DNA from: Ruminococcus albus 7 = DSM 20455
GTDB taxonomy: Bacteria; Bacillota; Clostridia; Oscillospirales; Ruminococcaceae
Length of the DNA stretch: 32,000 nt
Direction: 5' to 3'
Assembly: GCF_000179635.2 (NCBI RefSeq)
Contig: NC_014825.1
Coordinates: 270,001-302,000, forward strand
Below the pieces are notes generated by a model, which was not told where the DNA came from, did not search any database, and was given only the letters and a program-made list of their open reading frames with translations. The translations under genes were made by a program, and so were the position numbers. This document shows positions 16,401-24,633 of this stretch, piece by piece. Within the stretch, counting starts at the first letter, position 1; every line of letters starts with the position of its first letter.

Positions 16401-19400
16401 AAGGGCTATTGTTCGTGATAGTCCATTTTGGAACGGCATTGCTTGCACTTGTCTGTTCTCCAACAATAACTCCTCGGAAAGCATAATTTCCATTTATTAC
16501 TGTTGTACAGCCTAAACCGACATAGTTAGCACCAAGAGTAATATCACTGTTTATCTTATAATATGCACTTGCAAGGTACAGACGAACATTATCAGAAGTC
16601 CATGTGTAAACCGTTGCAGGGCTTGTTGATGAATCAGTATAGACGTATTTTCCGTTGTTATCACCGGATGTAGCAAGCTCAAATACAGCGCACCCAGTTT
16701 TGCTTGCACACCAACGATCACCTTTTGCATTATTTGTAATTCCATTGAGCTGCGTTTTAGGCAGACGTATGCTCTGCATATCACTCGGCTCACCGGAGGA
16801 GATGAATTTGGCAATAACTACAAGATTGTCACCTGATACAACATAAGGGTGGTTATAAGTGCCGCATCCGGTCTCAGGACCGGTCTTTTCGACATTGACC
16901 TTCAACTCTCTGTTATACATTTCATTGGCATTTGTTGCTGTGAATGCTACGGCAACATAAGGCAGCCAACCACTTGAGAAATTATATACTCCTCCTGTTC
17001 CCGATATGGGGTTCGTGTAGGCACGATTTGAGCCGGAGTAGCAGTTTTCAAGGCTAACATCATTTTCTCTGTATTCCAAGGAGTCCTTAACTTCTTTGCC
17101 GTATGTTACATATCTGTCTGCTACTGAATCAGCATCGTCTCCGTCCTCCCAATCCTCTGCATAGGTATAGTAGTATTCAAGAGTTGCTGTCTGATTAGTT
17201 TTGATAGAATGCAAAAATACAGCATCATTAAATATAGACCTTGATGTGTTATATGCCGTATCCAAACCGCTGTTTCCTGATAATGCAGTAGTTCTTGCAT
17301 CGAGTTTGACATGAGAAAACTTTATAGTAAGATCATTACCCGTTGCACTGCCTATAAGACTGCTTGCAACAGGGAGAGTGCCGGTATAACCGCTTCCCGA
17401 ATAAAGATTATTTATAATGAGCTGAGGAGCAGCAACGGTATCACTTTCTCTAACTATATTATTGATAAGCAAATAACCGCCTGTATATGCACCGTTATCT
17501 GTTGTTTTAGGAGTTATTCCGGCAAGTGCAATCGAACCGGTTTCGCATATGAAATTACCATTCATCACCTTGCTGATAATAACACCGCTATATCCATTAG
17601 CGGAATTTGTTGTCTCATCAACCGTACCGTCAAGACCAAGAAATGTTCCGGCAAGCGATAAATCACCTGTTACCGTTATTGCCTTGCCTGTTTCTAAATT
17701 CATAAATAATCCCGAATGCATCAGGAAATGCTGATTTACAGCACCAGGGTCACGGATATAGCTGTCACCATTGATTACATTCTCAGCAGTAGAGTAGATT
17801 CCGCTATAATCAAATGTAAGTGAAAGATCACCTATGGTATAGGTGTCAGCATTTTTTAGCGGATAGAAAGAAAGACCTGTAAGATTGGCAGTTCCGCTAA
17901 AGGTTAATATACCTGTTTTAGAATCCGCAGCAATCGTTGTACCAAAGCTTTCTCCCTCGCCTTGAATGAATTCATCTGCAATATTGGAAGCAGCATACTT
18001 GCTTACACTCCACAATACCAGATTCTGTCCATAATCTGCGTTTGACATTACATCAAGATTGTAGTAGTATCTTGATTTTCCATTCGCATACTTGGCAGCA
18101 TTTATAGCAGTGATATTTGTGCTGGCTGCCCTTGAAATCTGGTTCTGATATGTACCCTTGACAGTTATTTTTGCTTCCGTTCCGCTTCGACTACTGTTCG
18201 TATTTACTGATACAACGCCCCCGCCGCCTGCAATCACATCACTGGCTGAATAAGCAGCAAGTTCGTCAAAATCGCCTATACTATTTGGTAGTGTTATATC
18301 AGCATTCGTTAATTTATATCCGGAATTCAGAACGTCAAGATACAAGCCATCAGTGCTGTTATAAGCCTTGTTGACAATTATGCCGAGTGATGTTCCGCCG
18401 CCATTAGTCATAGACATCTTTTTTATGGAAAGTGAATTTACTGTCCACTTGCCGGTGGCTACATAGCAAATAACACCAACGTTAGCAGCAGTTTTGGATA
18501 AAACGGTATTATTGATTGAACTTGTTCCCTTTACAGTAACTCCATCAATGGTCGTAGTTGTATTCATCCAGGCATAACCAAGAAATCCACCAGCTGTTTT
18601 CTCAGCACAGTTATTAATCACACAGCCATTGAATTCTACATTTCTAACGTTTATTTTACGGTCATCATAGCTGCCATTTGAAATGATATAACCAATAAGT
18701 CCGCCGCAATCAGAATTATCACCAATAACAGTCACATTATCTACATCAGTATTCATTCCAACAGTTAAGATATTACTGCCGCTTTGTTCTATGTTTACTA
18801 TGATGCTTTCAGATGCGATTTTGCCTATAACACCTCCGTAAACCAGCCAGGTTTTATGAGAACCTGTAAACACAAATTTAGGAGAAGCAGTAGATGTTCC
18901 TGTAATAGTAATTATTCCATTATCGGTGTTTTCATCAACATACCCAATAAAGCCGCCAATGTTCTTACCTAAATCCTCGGTGCCAGGTGAAATAGCTCCT
19001 TCATGGTAATTAACTGTCAAAGCGTTAGTCCCGCTTGCTGAAACTGTAATTGCATTAAGTGCAGTGTTTCCGTGTGAGCGAGCAGCGACAGCACCAAAGC
19101 TCATGCCGTCAGCACCCGCATTGCGAATATTGATGGTTCCGGCAATATTTAGGCTATTGACCGTACCTGTTCCTGTTGTATCGTTTCCAATTACAGAAAA
19201 GAGACCGTTATACTGATGACGATAAATTTGACCTATACCTTCATCAGTTGAAGATGAACTAATACCGAAACCATATTTTTCTCCTGTTGCTAAGGTTATG
19301 GTATTGTTTCCGCCACTGAGTGTTCCAATGAACGTTCCTACACCGCCAATATCGGAGCTGGTTGCACTTGAAGCCGCAACGCCCTCACTGACAGTTATAC

Positions 19401-21687
19401 CTGTACCGTCACGCATAAAACCATTGATGCCCGTTCCGGAAAGACTGAATCCACTTGAAATGGTCAGAGTTGTACCAAGAAGATACGAACGGGTATTATT
19501 GCCTGATGTAAATAATAGGCAGTTGTATCCGGAGCCTTGATTGAGCTGAATATTGAGAGCTGTTCTTACAAAATCATCGGCATTACCCATAGATGGTTTG
19601 GCAGCAGCAATTGTTGCAGTATGATTTGTACTTGTACTGTCAAAATAAATAGCATTGGTTGAAGTGCTATCATCAATACTGCGTACAACCTCGCCCCATG
19701 TGCCGAGATCATCTGAAATTGCTCCACTTGACCGCTTGAAAGACCAGCCGCTACCATATGAGTTGCCGTCAGAACCATTACCAAGTGCATATACAAGAAC
19801 ATTATCATTATAGCCTACAAGCTGTCCATAGCTTGCATAACGCAAGCCGTCAGCATCTGTGGTAGCGTATGCACCGTTAGGCTTTGCACTTGTCATGTCC
19901 GTAATACCACTGAAACGAAGAACTCCGTTATAGAACTGTCCTACAACTCCGCCACCGTTAAAACCAGAGGTATCTGTTACCGTCAGCGTAAAGTCGCCAA
20001 GGTCAATAAAATCACCGTAACTTGCAGAAGTTGCGCCTACAAGCCCACCGAAAAATGCATAATTGTTGCAGGAAGTGCCTATGGAATCCCTGCTCTCCGT
20101 TCCACTTGCGGTTATAGCTACATTGTCAGCCTTAACATACGCAGCTACATCAATATATCCTATCGCTCCACCAAATGCATTGAATGAGTCGTCAGAAGCT
20201 ACAGAATACTCTAATTCGCTAAGTTCAAGGCTGTTTGTAAGGCTATCAGTTGTATATCTGCCAACAAGACCGCCAAAATAACCGGTTTCGTCATATGTGT
20301 TACCTGAACCAGATGTTGCAGTCAATGTAGCGTGTCCTGAAGAAGTGGTATCTGTAATTGTAAGGGTATTTGGTGCAGATGATACCATTTTATTTTCAAG
20401 AACACCGAAAAGACCTCCGCAATATCGCCCATAAACAGAAGCCTCGTTACTGTAATCTTTAATATCAAATGTATTGCTCGCCGTTACGTTTTCATAGTAA
20501 CCGAACAAACCGCCGGCACCAGCCGCACCTGTCACGCTGCCGCCGACAGGGATAGATGTTGCTGAAGAACCTCCAACCGTAAATCCGCTATCCATATTAA
20601 TTATTGCTTCTGATGTGATATTTCCGACAAGACCTCCGGAATAAGCCGAGGTCGAGACAACACTTTTGGAAGCAGATGCAGAAGACATAGCAAGAAGGTT
20701 TATTCTTGCATTACCATTCATAGAGCCTACAAGCCCGCCCGCATTACCGTAGGCAGATGTAATGCTGTATGATGATGAGTTATCAGTATATGAGAGGTTA
20801 AGTATCGAACCGGTCTGCATTTCACCGCATATAGCGCCAACATCTGCGACATAGTAAGAATCGCTTATTGAGGCATTTGATACTACATCAGCAGCAGAAC
20901 TATTCGTATATGTCAAGTTGACCTCTGTATCAGCAGTAATATCTCCAATAACACCTGAATACGTTAATGCGTTTGTGCTTACCGTTTCAACATTCCAATG
21001 TGCAGGAGTTGACGAACTATTGTTGTAAACGTGTTGAGCGAATAATGGAGCGCTCGTATCCGCACCTACGTTTGAAAGTCTTGCAAATTGTATTTTTATT
21101 TCAGGATAGTAATATGTATCTGTATCCACGTCATGAACACGGGAATTGCTCAGAATTTTTACAGAATTATTGACATGAGAAAACAGAGGTATCCCATATG
21201 TGCTTAAAGGGAAAGCGCCCGAACCATTATCAGGGAGAGTTATTGTTCCGTTAAAAGGATAATCATCATTGCCAAGACCTACAAATCCCTCCGGTATCTC
21301 TCCACGTGAACCCGTATCAGAGCCAAATGTCAACGTCAAATTATCGTTTTGATGAGCATCTGCAAACTGTTTGGTGACCTGCTGAGATATAAGAGTACCT
21401 TCTTCACCTTCGGGGTCTTGTATCATTTCCTCAACAGTGATCATACAAGTATCATCGGCATAGTAAGAACAATAGTCGATAAAATCATATGGTGTTGAAA
21501 AAGACACTTCGCCTATATTAAAGCTGTCAGCCGCAACCGCATTCGCCTTGATGGTGGAAGCTGTAAAAATAGACGGAAGTTTTGGAAAGTGAATAGGTAG
21601 ATTCATCATCTCATCAAGCGGCATAAGATTGCTCATCATAACCGTTGCAGTCAGAAAACTGACAAACCTTTTATGAAGTTTTTTCAT
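10435..21687 (-). CDS. Giant (3750 aa) secreted GLUG-motif repeat protein, putative beta-helical adhesin/fibre tip
   Basis: This uninterrupted 11.25-kb ORF starts with GAGGTGA SD + ATG, 18 nt after the upstream gene. The N-terminus is basic then hydrophobic (MKKLHKRFVSFLTATVMM...). Dozens of GG(L/F/I/V)(V/I/F/L)G repeats (AGGLVG, FGGLVG, CGGLIGY, AGGFLGY, CGGFIGY...) fall in at least four clusters, matching the GLUG motif. The protein is rich in T/S/N/G. It has no LPXTG or other C-terminal anchor. Confidence 0.75.
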   Translation of the reverse strand: MKKLHKRFVSFLTATVMMSNLMPLDEMMNLPIHFPKLPSIFTASTIKANAVAADSFNIGEVSFSTPYDFIDYCSYYADDTCMITVEEMIQDPEGEEGTLISQQVTKQFADAHQNDNLTLTFGSDTGSRGEIPEGFVGLGNDDYPFNGTITLPDNGSGAFPLSTYGIPLFSHVNNSVKILSNSRVHDVDTDTYYYPEIKIQFARLSNVGADTSAPLFAQHVYNNSSSTPAHWNVETVSTNALTYSGVIGDITADTEVNLTYTNSSAADVVSNASISDSYYVADVGAICGEMQTGSILNLSYTDNSSSYSITSAYGNAGGLVGSMNGNARINLLAMSSASASKSVVSTSAYSGGLVGNITSEAIINMDSGFTVGGSSATSIPVGGSVTGAAGAGGLFGYYENVTASNTFDIKDYSNEASVYGRYCGGLFGVLENKMVSSAPNTLTITDTTSSGHATLTATSGSGNTYDETGYFGGLVGRYTTDSLTNSLELSELEYSVASDDSFNAFGGAIGYIDVAAYVKADNVAITASGTESRDSIGTSCNNYAFFGGLVGATSASYGDFIDLGDFTLTVTDTSGFNGGGVVGQFYNGVLRFSGITDMTSAKPNGAYATTDADGLRYASYGQLVGYNDNVLVYALGNGSDGNSYGSGWSFKRSSGAISDDLGTWGEVVRSIDDSTSTNAIYFDSTSTNHTATIAAAKPSMGNADDFVRTALNIQLNQGSGYNCLLFTSGNNTRSYLLGTTLTISSGFSLSGTGINGFMRDGTGITVSEGVAASSATSSDIGGVGTFIGTLSGGNNTITLATGEKYGFGISSSSTDEGIGQIYRHQYNGLFSVIGNDTTGTGTVNSLNIAGTINIRNAGADGMSFGAVAARSHGNTALNAITVSASGTNALTVNYHEGAISPGTEDLGKNIGGFIGYVDENTDNGIITITGTSTASPKFVFTGSHKTWLVYGGVIGKIASESIIVNIEQSGSNILTVGMNTDVDNVTVIGDNSDCGGLIGYIISNGSYDDRKINVRNVEFNGCVINNCAEKTAGGFLGYAWMNTTTTIDGVTVKGTSSINNTVLSKTAANVGVICYVATGKWTVNSLSIKKMSMTNGGGTSLGIIVNKAYNSTDGLYLDVLNSGYKLTNADITLPNSIGDFDELAAYSASDVIAGGGGVVSVNTNSSRSGTEAKITVKGTYQNQISRAASTNITAINAAKYANGKSRYYYNLDVMSNADYGQNLVLWSVSKYAASNIADEFIQGEGESFGTTIAADSKTGILTFSGTANLTGLSFYPLKNADTYTIGDLSLTFDYSGIYSTAENVINGDSYIRDPGAVNQHFLMHSGLFMNLETGKAITVTGDLSLAGTFLGLDGTVDETTNSANGYSGVIISKVMNGNFICETGSIALAGITPKTTDNGAYTGGYLLINNIVRESDTVAAPQLIINNLYSGSGYTGTLPVASSLIGSATGNDLTIKFSHVKLDARTTALSGNSGLDTAYNTSRSIFNDAVFLHSIKTNQTATLEYYYTYAEDWEDGDDADSVADRYVTYGKEVKDSLEYRENDVSLENCYSGSNRAYTNPISGTGGVYNFSSGWLPYVAVAFTATNANEMYNRELKVNVEKTGPETGCGTYNHPYVVSGDNLVVIAKFISSGEPSDMQSIRLPKTQLNGITNNAKGDRWCASKTGCAVFELATSGDNNGKYVYTDSSTSPATVYTWTSDNVRLYLASAYYKINSDITLGANYVGLGCTTVINGNYAFRGVIVGEQTSASNAVPKWTITNNSPYPLINVSNGSVIKDINIDVDTDTIVRTQSAATNSAAYFGYNSQCQYYGGIIGEIMGGDNIIDNSYVRYSYTDTDGDENDESFSTAIQLTDNGTNTYGTIVPVGGYVGVVVYGGLIFKNMTSSKTTVANTGLNVYYKTNTTHNLAQDSAEEAIYVNPIVGRVINGYAVNESNQLSVTENGTYHDDANSDAGAARTGTQHTLKNGKKHYSIADIQKYTTITTANSLSVTPPTSATADGTITVPNAQALFILSLITQSGAGTATTSNSNAYVNSFSYGINNTNVYGMSHIADYSDVGTAVTDKYTVTDYDNFASKDTAANTALPYIIKWYTYGTSTNTHHASGVKLFSGDDPNGKELYIAFGNMFLSSTTGTYSNAKGFQAVNSDNTTKLPLTFTKISGNDYTISFNNGSNYIAFENGTSRNIISSNNSYNFEITQITSGEAAGKWEIKGSTSDNRKYLGLRNGNHFTGQAQGGGGNGAQLDFYEKTGEEYDEITYSYPARFVTSSTGYYDISLTGSSYVMPDSFRGLGCVGNYVAGSKMKVDSFTSTASKCTIDVDIYLNKFEYDNYFNNLHSTTTQILSADSGTNNVSKSDSNHGIGLFDSIVTKNASSSISNFTLSGSVNTEIFSNDYSASTHEMDIVASATARFLSVGGVCGASLTDVNITFDQISLNDLTVCGSSAVGGLLGYSGNVGKAVNGVETNIITATQCSATNLSMKMNSSSDQESSEKARNGLGGFVGVCFQGKVIVQGNSASYSTVGLKSIGFESANAEYLSSAGGLVGFAGDGCQAYNMKIQSSDSSSPVTIGGGGIRFAGGICGAMQSRTSGAYEKTENGHTAGDPIPDYVPTCYAVFENCTIENINFKGQFVGGIYGGKWGTTGYTPYSIAINNCKVTGNSASPNTIEAVTVYTTDANYAGGFIGRALVLDNGDPNILIQDSTVSNYSIKGTYCGGFIGYSGSFANNSSVTCYIHDSSVINCTMGDSGNYAGGAIGRIDRKSASSTNKILGYNIKLDDVEAVTGTNMGAWVGYVDGSDDTTSIQFSGMAVYENGFTKNVGNRENFDNASFVFADYDGRSKTSANNTVSNFNDTNNVGMPKAPYVNINPHSAVGTNEIISGDGAVLFGSSITGYSGKTADQTMAAKIYSELSDTTNTRRYTSFVDDPIPTRDDNTGVSIDNYMKHIAGEDGDRISTYQTEAGSLPTGVNNFAVVVISNTDNTETTNLINRYIQLVTNTSNDYTTSSNYYNIAINTCKYSGGKFSVITDTDDPDYAPGLTFNNGVFALSGANADSGARKENTFTLIDVQFTDPFDSDHTDVAYHLYVPVYTVKQMTFSFSAAALTDTNSVTYQTPSVVSDYEAAMASNNRLHVDSLNTWVTQYIRFSYTAEDLNILLSAGNLKWNHNKYVTFNTQIASYKLPDDTYMVLVDPNGDSDKVYYASADDFEALPDSGETGYILGEAGWKIDLTNFTSDSGGTSFSVSSFNKMIAKEIEVETLESDTGGMYNELTFAEGHTVTDNEYSVYRIDNNGIKHYYEYVGGSGNINLSVSNSYVLNEDYYISMYVPKVDGYDSELYFYRIDSPSRLTGTKSAARTSNSPYNVLIADLYEQTTSYTLGNTQVQITDSNRHIEVNAETTIRLTNDTARSYLLDSGKPLYHAFDISLNCYGEDGSVVNEIAGYDATNSTAAYKIGNSSATACVVDKQSNYILVNTTNVMSNLLNASNYTLTVSADIDMVFSDIQAEFPEKLTSNPRVGVKVSATSNLAYDSTQLTHTSMTKPFAPNNYYYYRESANASILTYKAKRELDIYDTIGEESKNYSRLGVNGRTSNGTNNDRTAMLIDSEAVLNATAIEDETHATTRKIRFTLTLNKKTDTPQIANAAITKVEYVKVSDISNYLSGIDLKIGNTSLTKIGESTNDTYIYEMSIDPATDKIYSATIQYYVITGSGFTEYANYQVFLEAELIDGSGETIGNKPTDYLVYTNAKVYPTVIEQSKSNP

Positions 21688-21705
21688 TATCTGTTCACCT
21701 CACAA

Positions 21706-22797
21706 TCATGATGAAGAATTCTCACTATGAAATTCGCAATCAATAAAGTTAGATGCACTATTTGTTCCAATGTACTGTGTTTCGCCATCAACTTTATATA
21801 ACTGTATTTGGTATCTGTTTATATCAGTGGAGTCAACCATTAATGTTACCATTTTCCAGTTTGCACGAGTAGCGTTCTTGATTATAGAACCCGTTTCAGC
21901 AGCTTCACCATTGCTGTCATAAAGAACAAATTCGTTTCCTGACAGCTCACTAAAGAAGAACTCGTTTATCTCAAATTTGGTTGAATCCCACATTATGTCT
22001 ACCGTTCCGACACCGCTTCCGGTTAAAACATAATTATAAAAATCATAAGACACACTTGAACAATCATCTGACTCAACCAGTTCTCCTGTCCATGAAGCAG
22101 CTTCCGCTGTACTTTCAGCAGTTCCGAAATAGTTACTAAGAGTTGTATGTAAAGATGCAGGGGACGAAGGAACTGCCTCAACATAAATATAGAACTCAGG
22201 TTCGGTCTTTTCTTGTTCAGCATCATCAAGAATTATCTTGAATGAATCAGTAGAGCTTACCGTCCCTTTAAGAGCGCAATTGGTGGTAAACGTTGTACTA
22301 TAATCTGACTCTGTAACAAGGTTGATGGCATCACCGAGACCAGTTGCATTCTCATCGTCTTTTATGAATTGGATGGAATAGGTTCTCTGCTCGTTAGTCC
22401 CTAATTTCAACTTAGAAATGTAGTCTGCTTTATCAGCCCCTGTGTACTCTGAAAGTTTTACAAAATCATTACCGTTTTTTATTGCTAAAGATGCATTCAA
22501 AGTATAGGTGATATTATCAGGATTTACTTCTAAGGCATTTTCCTGAGCAAAATTACAAACTGTAATAGTATATGCCGTTGAGGATAGTCGCTGAGAAGTT
22601 GCTGATGATTTCAAAGAATTAGATGAAAACATCACACTGTCTGCCGGTCTTGTGGAAACTACACGTTTTACAGAATTAACACCGGTATATGATGCAAAGA
22701 CCACGAAAACACTTACAGCAAACAACGTACTAACAAGCCATACCAGTGCCCAATGCTTTTTCAGCCGTTTCTTAATGCTTTCAAAGTTTACTTTCAT
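21706..22797 (-). CDS. Operon protein E: 363-aa secreted/anchored protein with a degenerate TasA-type N-terminal motif (minor fibre subunit candidate)
   Basis: The N-terminus is KKRLKKHWALVWLVSTLFAVSVFVVFASYTGVNSVKRVVST, that is basic, then TM, then FASYT, then a short beta-like segment. An AAGGGA SD is present. The gene lies 33 nt after gene D and 18 nt before the giant gene. Confidence 0.55.
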   Translation of the reverse strand: MKVNFESIKKRLKKHWALVWLVSTLFAVSVFVVFASYTGVNSVKRVVSTRPADSVMFSSNSLKSSATSQRLSSTAYTITVCNFAQENALEVNPDNITYTLNASLAIKNGNDFVKLSEYTGADKADYISKLKLGTNEQRTYSIQFIKDDENATGLGDAINLVTESDYSTTFTTNCALKGTVSSTDSFKIILDDAEQEKTEPEFYIYVEAVPSSPASLHTTLSNYFGTAESTAEAASWTGELVESDDCSSVSYDFYNYVLTGSGVGTVDIMWDSTKFEINEFFFSELSGNEFVLYDSNGEAAETGSIIKNATRANWKMVTLMVDSTDINRYQIQLYKVDGETQYIGTNSASNFIDCEFHSENSSS

Positions 22798-22830
22798 GAT
22801 CTCATCCCTTTCTATAACTTGATTTCACTT

Positions 22831-23610
22831 TTATTCGGTGGTTCGGCTGGCTGTAATGTAAATGATGTCTGTTTCTTTATTATTTGATGCTGCATTCCAT
22901 TTGGTAAAGTTCGTAGAGGAGCTTTCAGAAGCCCAACCTATTTCCAAAATATAAAAGTCGTGATTAACGTCCCGTGTTTCTAATTCCTGAACCTGTGAAT
23001 ATATTGGAACTGCATATATCTCAGGCTTATCATTTCCGTCATAAACAAGGTCATAAAAATCATCACCTTTTAGCCCAAGTATTCTTCCATAGTAATCCTC
23101 GTTATCCTCATCAGGATTCAAATCAACTAAATCTAAAGGTTCGGCTACCGTTTTTCCAGATTCAATGGTTCTTTTATAGTTTACGGTTTTATCTCCAACA
23201 GGTGATTCATAAGTAACAATATCCGTATCAGATGCCAATGCTTCTTCTGCTCTGTATAGAGTATATGTGAAAGGAATATTTGTAGTATGAGCAAGCTGAA
23301 TATCGTAATATGTTTTTGAATTTCCTGTTATTACACCAAATACATAACATTGTGGTTTCCCCGTCTTCTGAATATTCTCCAGGTCGATGTTACTAAGCTC
23401 AAAATATTCAACAGTATCACCATCACCGGCACATAAGTCAAGGCTGGGTGGCTCTTGAACTTTCGTCATTGTTTCGATTTTACTTGTATATGAAAGCCAC
23501 GCATAGACAGGTACTGCTACCATAAGAAAAAGGGTAGCAACAGCGGCAATGGCGGCTTGAATCTTCTGTGCAGTTGTAAGTTTATTGATAAATTCCTTCA
23601 TTTGGTTCAT
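22831..23610 (-). CDS. Operon protein D: ~259-aa protein with a TasA/SipW-type-like signal (minor fibre subunit candidate)
   Basis: The N-terminus ...AAIAAVATLFLMVAVPVYAWLSYTSKIETMTKVQEPPSLDLCAG parallels the TasA/CalY layout ...GGTFAYFSD...AGTLDL. I prefer the ATG at 23610 (MNQMKEF), 8 nt after AAGGAGG. The GVG start at 23619 in the track, a GTG, is too close to the SD. Confidence 0.55.
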   Translation of the reverse strand: MNQMKEFINKLTTAQKIQAAIAAVATLFLMVAVPVYAWLSYTSKIETMTKVQEPPSLDLCAGDGDTVEYFELSNIDLENIQKTGKPQCYVFGVITGNSKTYYDIQLAHTTNIPFTYTLYRAEEALASDTDIVTYESPVGDKTVNYKRTIESGKTVAEPLDLVDLNPDEDNEDYYGRILGLKGDDFYDLVYDGNDKPEIYAVPIYSQVQELETRDVNHDFYILEIGWASESSSTNFTKWNAASNNKETDIIYITASRTTE

Positions 23611-23623
23611 CAAAGCCACCTCC

Positions 23624-24613
23624 TTATGATACGGAGACTGTCATCGACAATAATAGATAACGTACTCTCGCACCTATGATGTTATCAGCTTGATTGTATC
23701 TTCCTCCGTAATATAGGTAGTTACTGTTAATATCTGATATAGACACATTGTCAGCAGTTGTAATGCCTTTCATAAAGTATTGTGGATTATCTTCGATATA
23801 ATCAAGAAAATCGCTATCATCACAAAATGGGTATGTAACTTCAACATCTTCATTAAGAACATCATCGTGTTCTGTGACGGTGTGCGTATTCAGCAGATCG
23901 CTAAAGTTGTTTACCCAAACCCAATAGATATTTACGGGGATTGTTGTATCTTTACCCGTGTACGTCTTATCTGAAAGAAGTCGGCTTAATGAAGTAGTAT
24001 TCTTTATTAGTCCTGAGTATGTATCCGTAGCCAGATCATAATCTTCAAATAAAAGAATATGACCATTCAGATAATTGATGACATCAGCATCATTGGTTGA
24101 ATCAAGCTGTACCATTGATGTTATATTATTCTCCGTTACGGGATTATAACCTATCAATTCAAATGAAAAGTCTAAATCAACCGAACTTACTCTCGGCGTA
24201 ACATAGAAAGTTACATAACCTCTGCAATCAGGGTGAATACCGTCATCTTCAACGCCTGTAATTGAGTGATAGTTGCCTATATTCTGTTCCAGACCGTTGG
24301 AGTCAGTGCCGTTCATCTTCCATATGATTGCTGTATCATCGTGTACTAAATCAAGATAATCATCATATACACCATTATTTCCATTGGTAAGTACTGAGAT
24401 CTCATATTCCGGACCCTTTATAGATACTTTCATACCGCTTGCCGAGTTTTCAGAATTATTTGTAAACCAAGCTATCGAGGAAAAAATCAGCATAATAGTG
24501 CTTAAAACAAGCATAGCTCCCATTTTTATAAGAGCTGCCTTTTGCATTTTCTTACGCTCCAACAATTCCTCAGAGGCAGAATCCGCAAGATTTATATTAT
24601 TCTTTTCATTCAT
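23624..24613 (-). CDS. Operon protein C: ~329-aa protein with a TasA/SipW-type-like signal, paralog of protein B
   Basis: The N-terminus is KKMQKAALIKMGAMLVLSTIMLIFSSIAWFTNNSENSASGMKVSIKG. It shares blocks with protein B, listed in the findings. I prefer the ATG at 24613 (MNEKNN), which follows GAGGTGG. Confidence 0.55.
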   Translation of the reverse strand: MNEKNNINLADSASEELLERKKMQKAALIKMGAMLVLSTIMLIFSSIAWFTNNSENSASGMKVSIKGPEYEISVLTNGNNGVYDDYLDLVHDDTAIIWKMNGTDSNGLEQNIGNYHSITGVEDDGIHPDCRGYVTFYVTPRVSSVDLDFSFELIGYNPVTENNITSMVQLDSTNDADVINYLNGHILLFEDYDLATDTYSGLIKNTTSLSRLLSDKTYTGKDTTIPVNIYWVWVNNFSDLLNTHTVTEHDDVLNEDVEVTYPFCDDSDFLDYIEDNPQYFMKGITTADNVSISDINSNYLYYGGRYNQADNIIGARVRYLLLSMTVSVS

Positions 24614-24633
24614 CTGCCCCACCTCGCTTATCA

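Noticed and set aside
10435-21687. Numerous 60-116-aa ORFs on both strands inside the giant gene (for example 12879-13226, 16551-16814, 17311-17661 and 19298-19540), and the internal LPTGV
   Set aside because: They are embedded in a continuous 3750-codon frame and have no independent start signals. LPTGV is not LPXTG and lies far from the C-terminus, so it is not a sortase signal.
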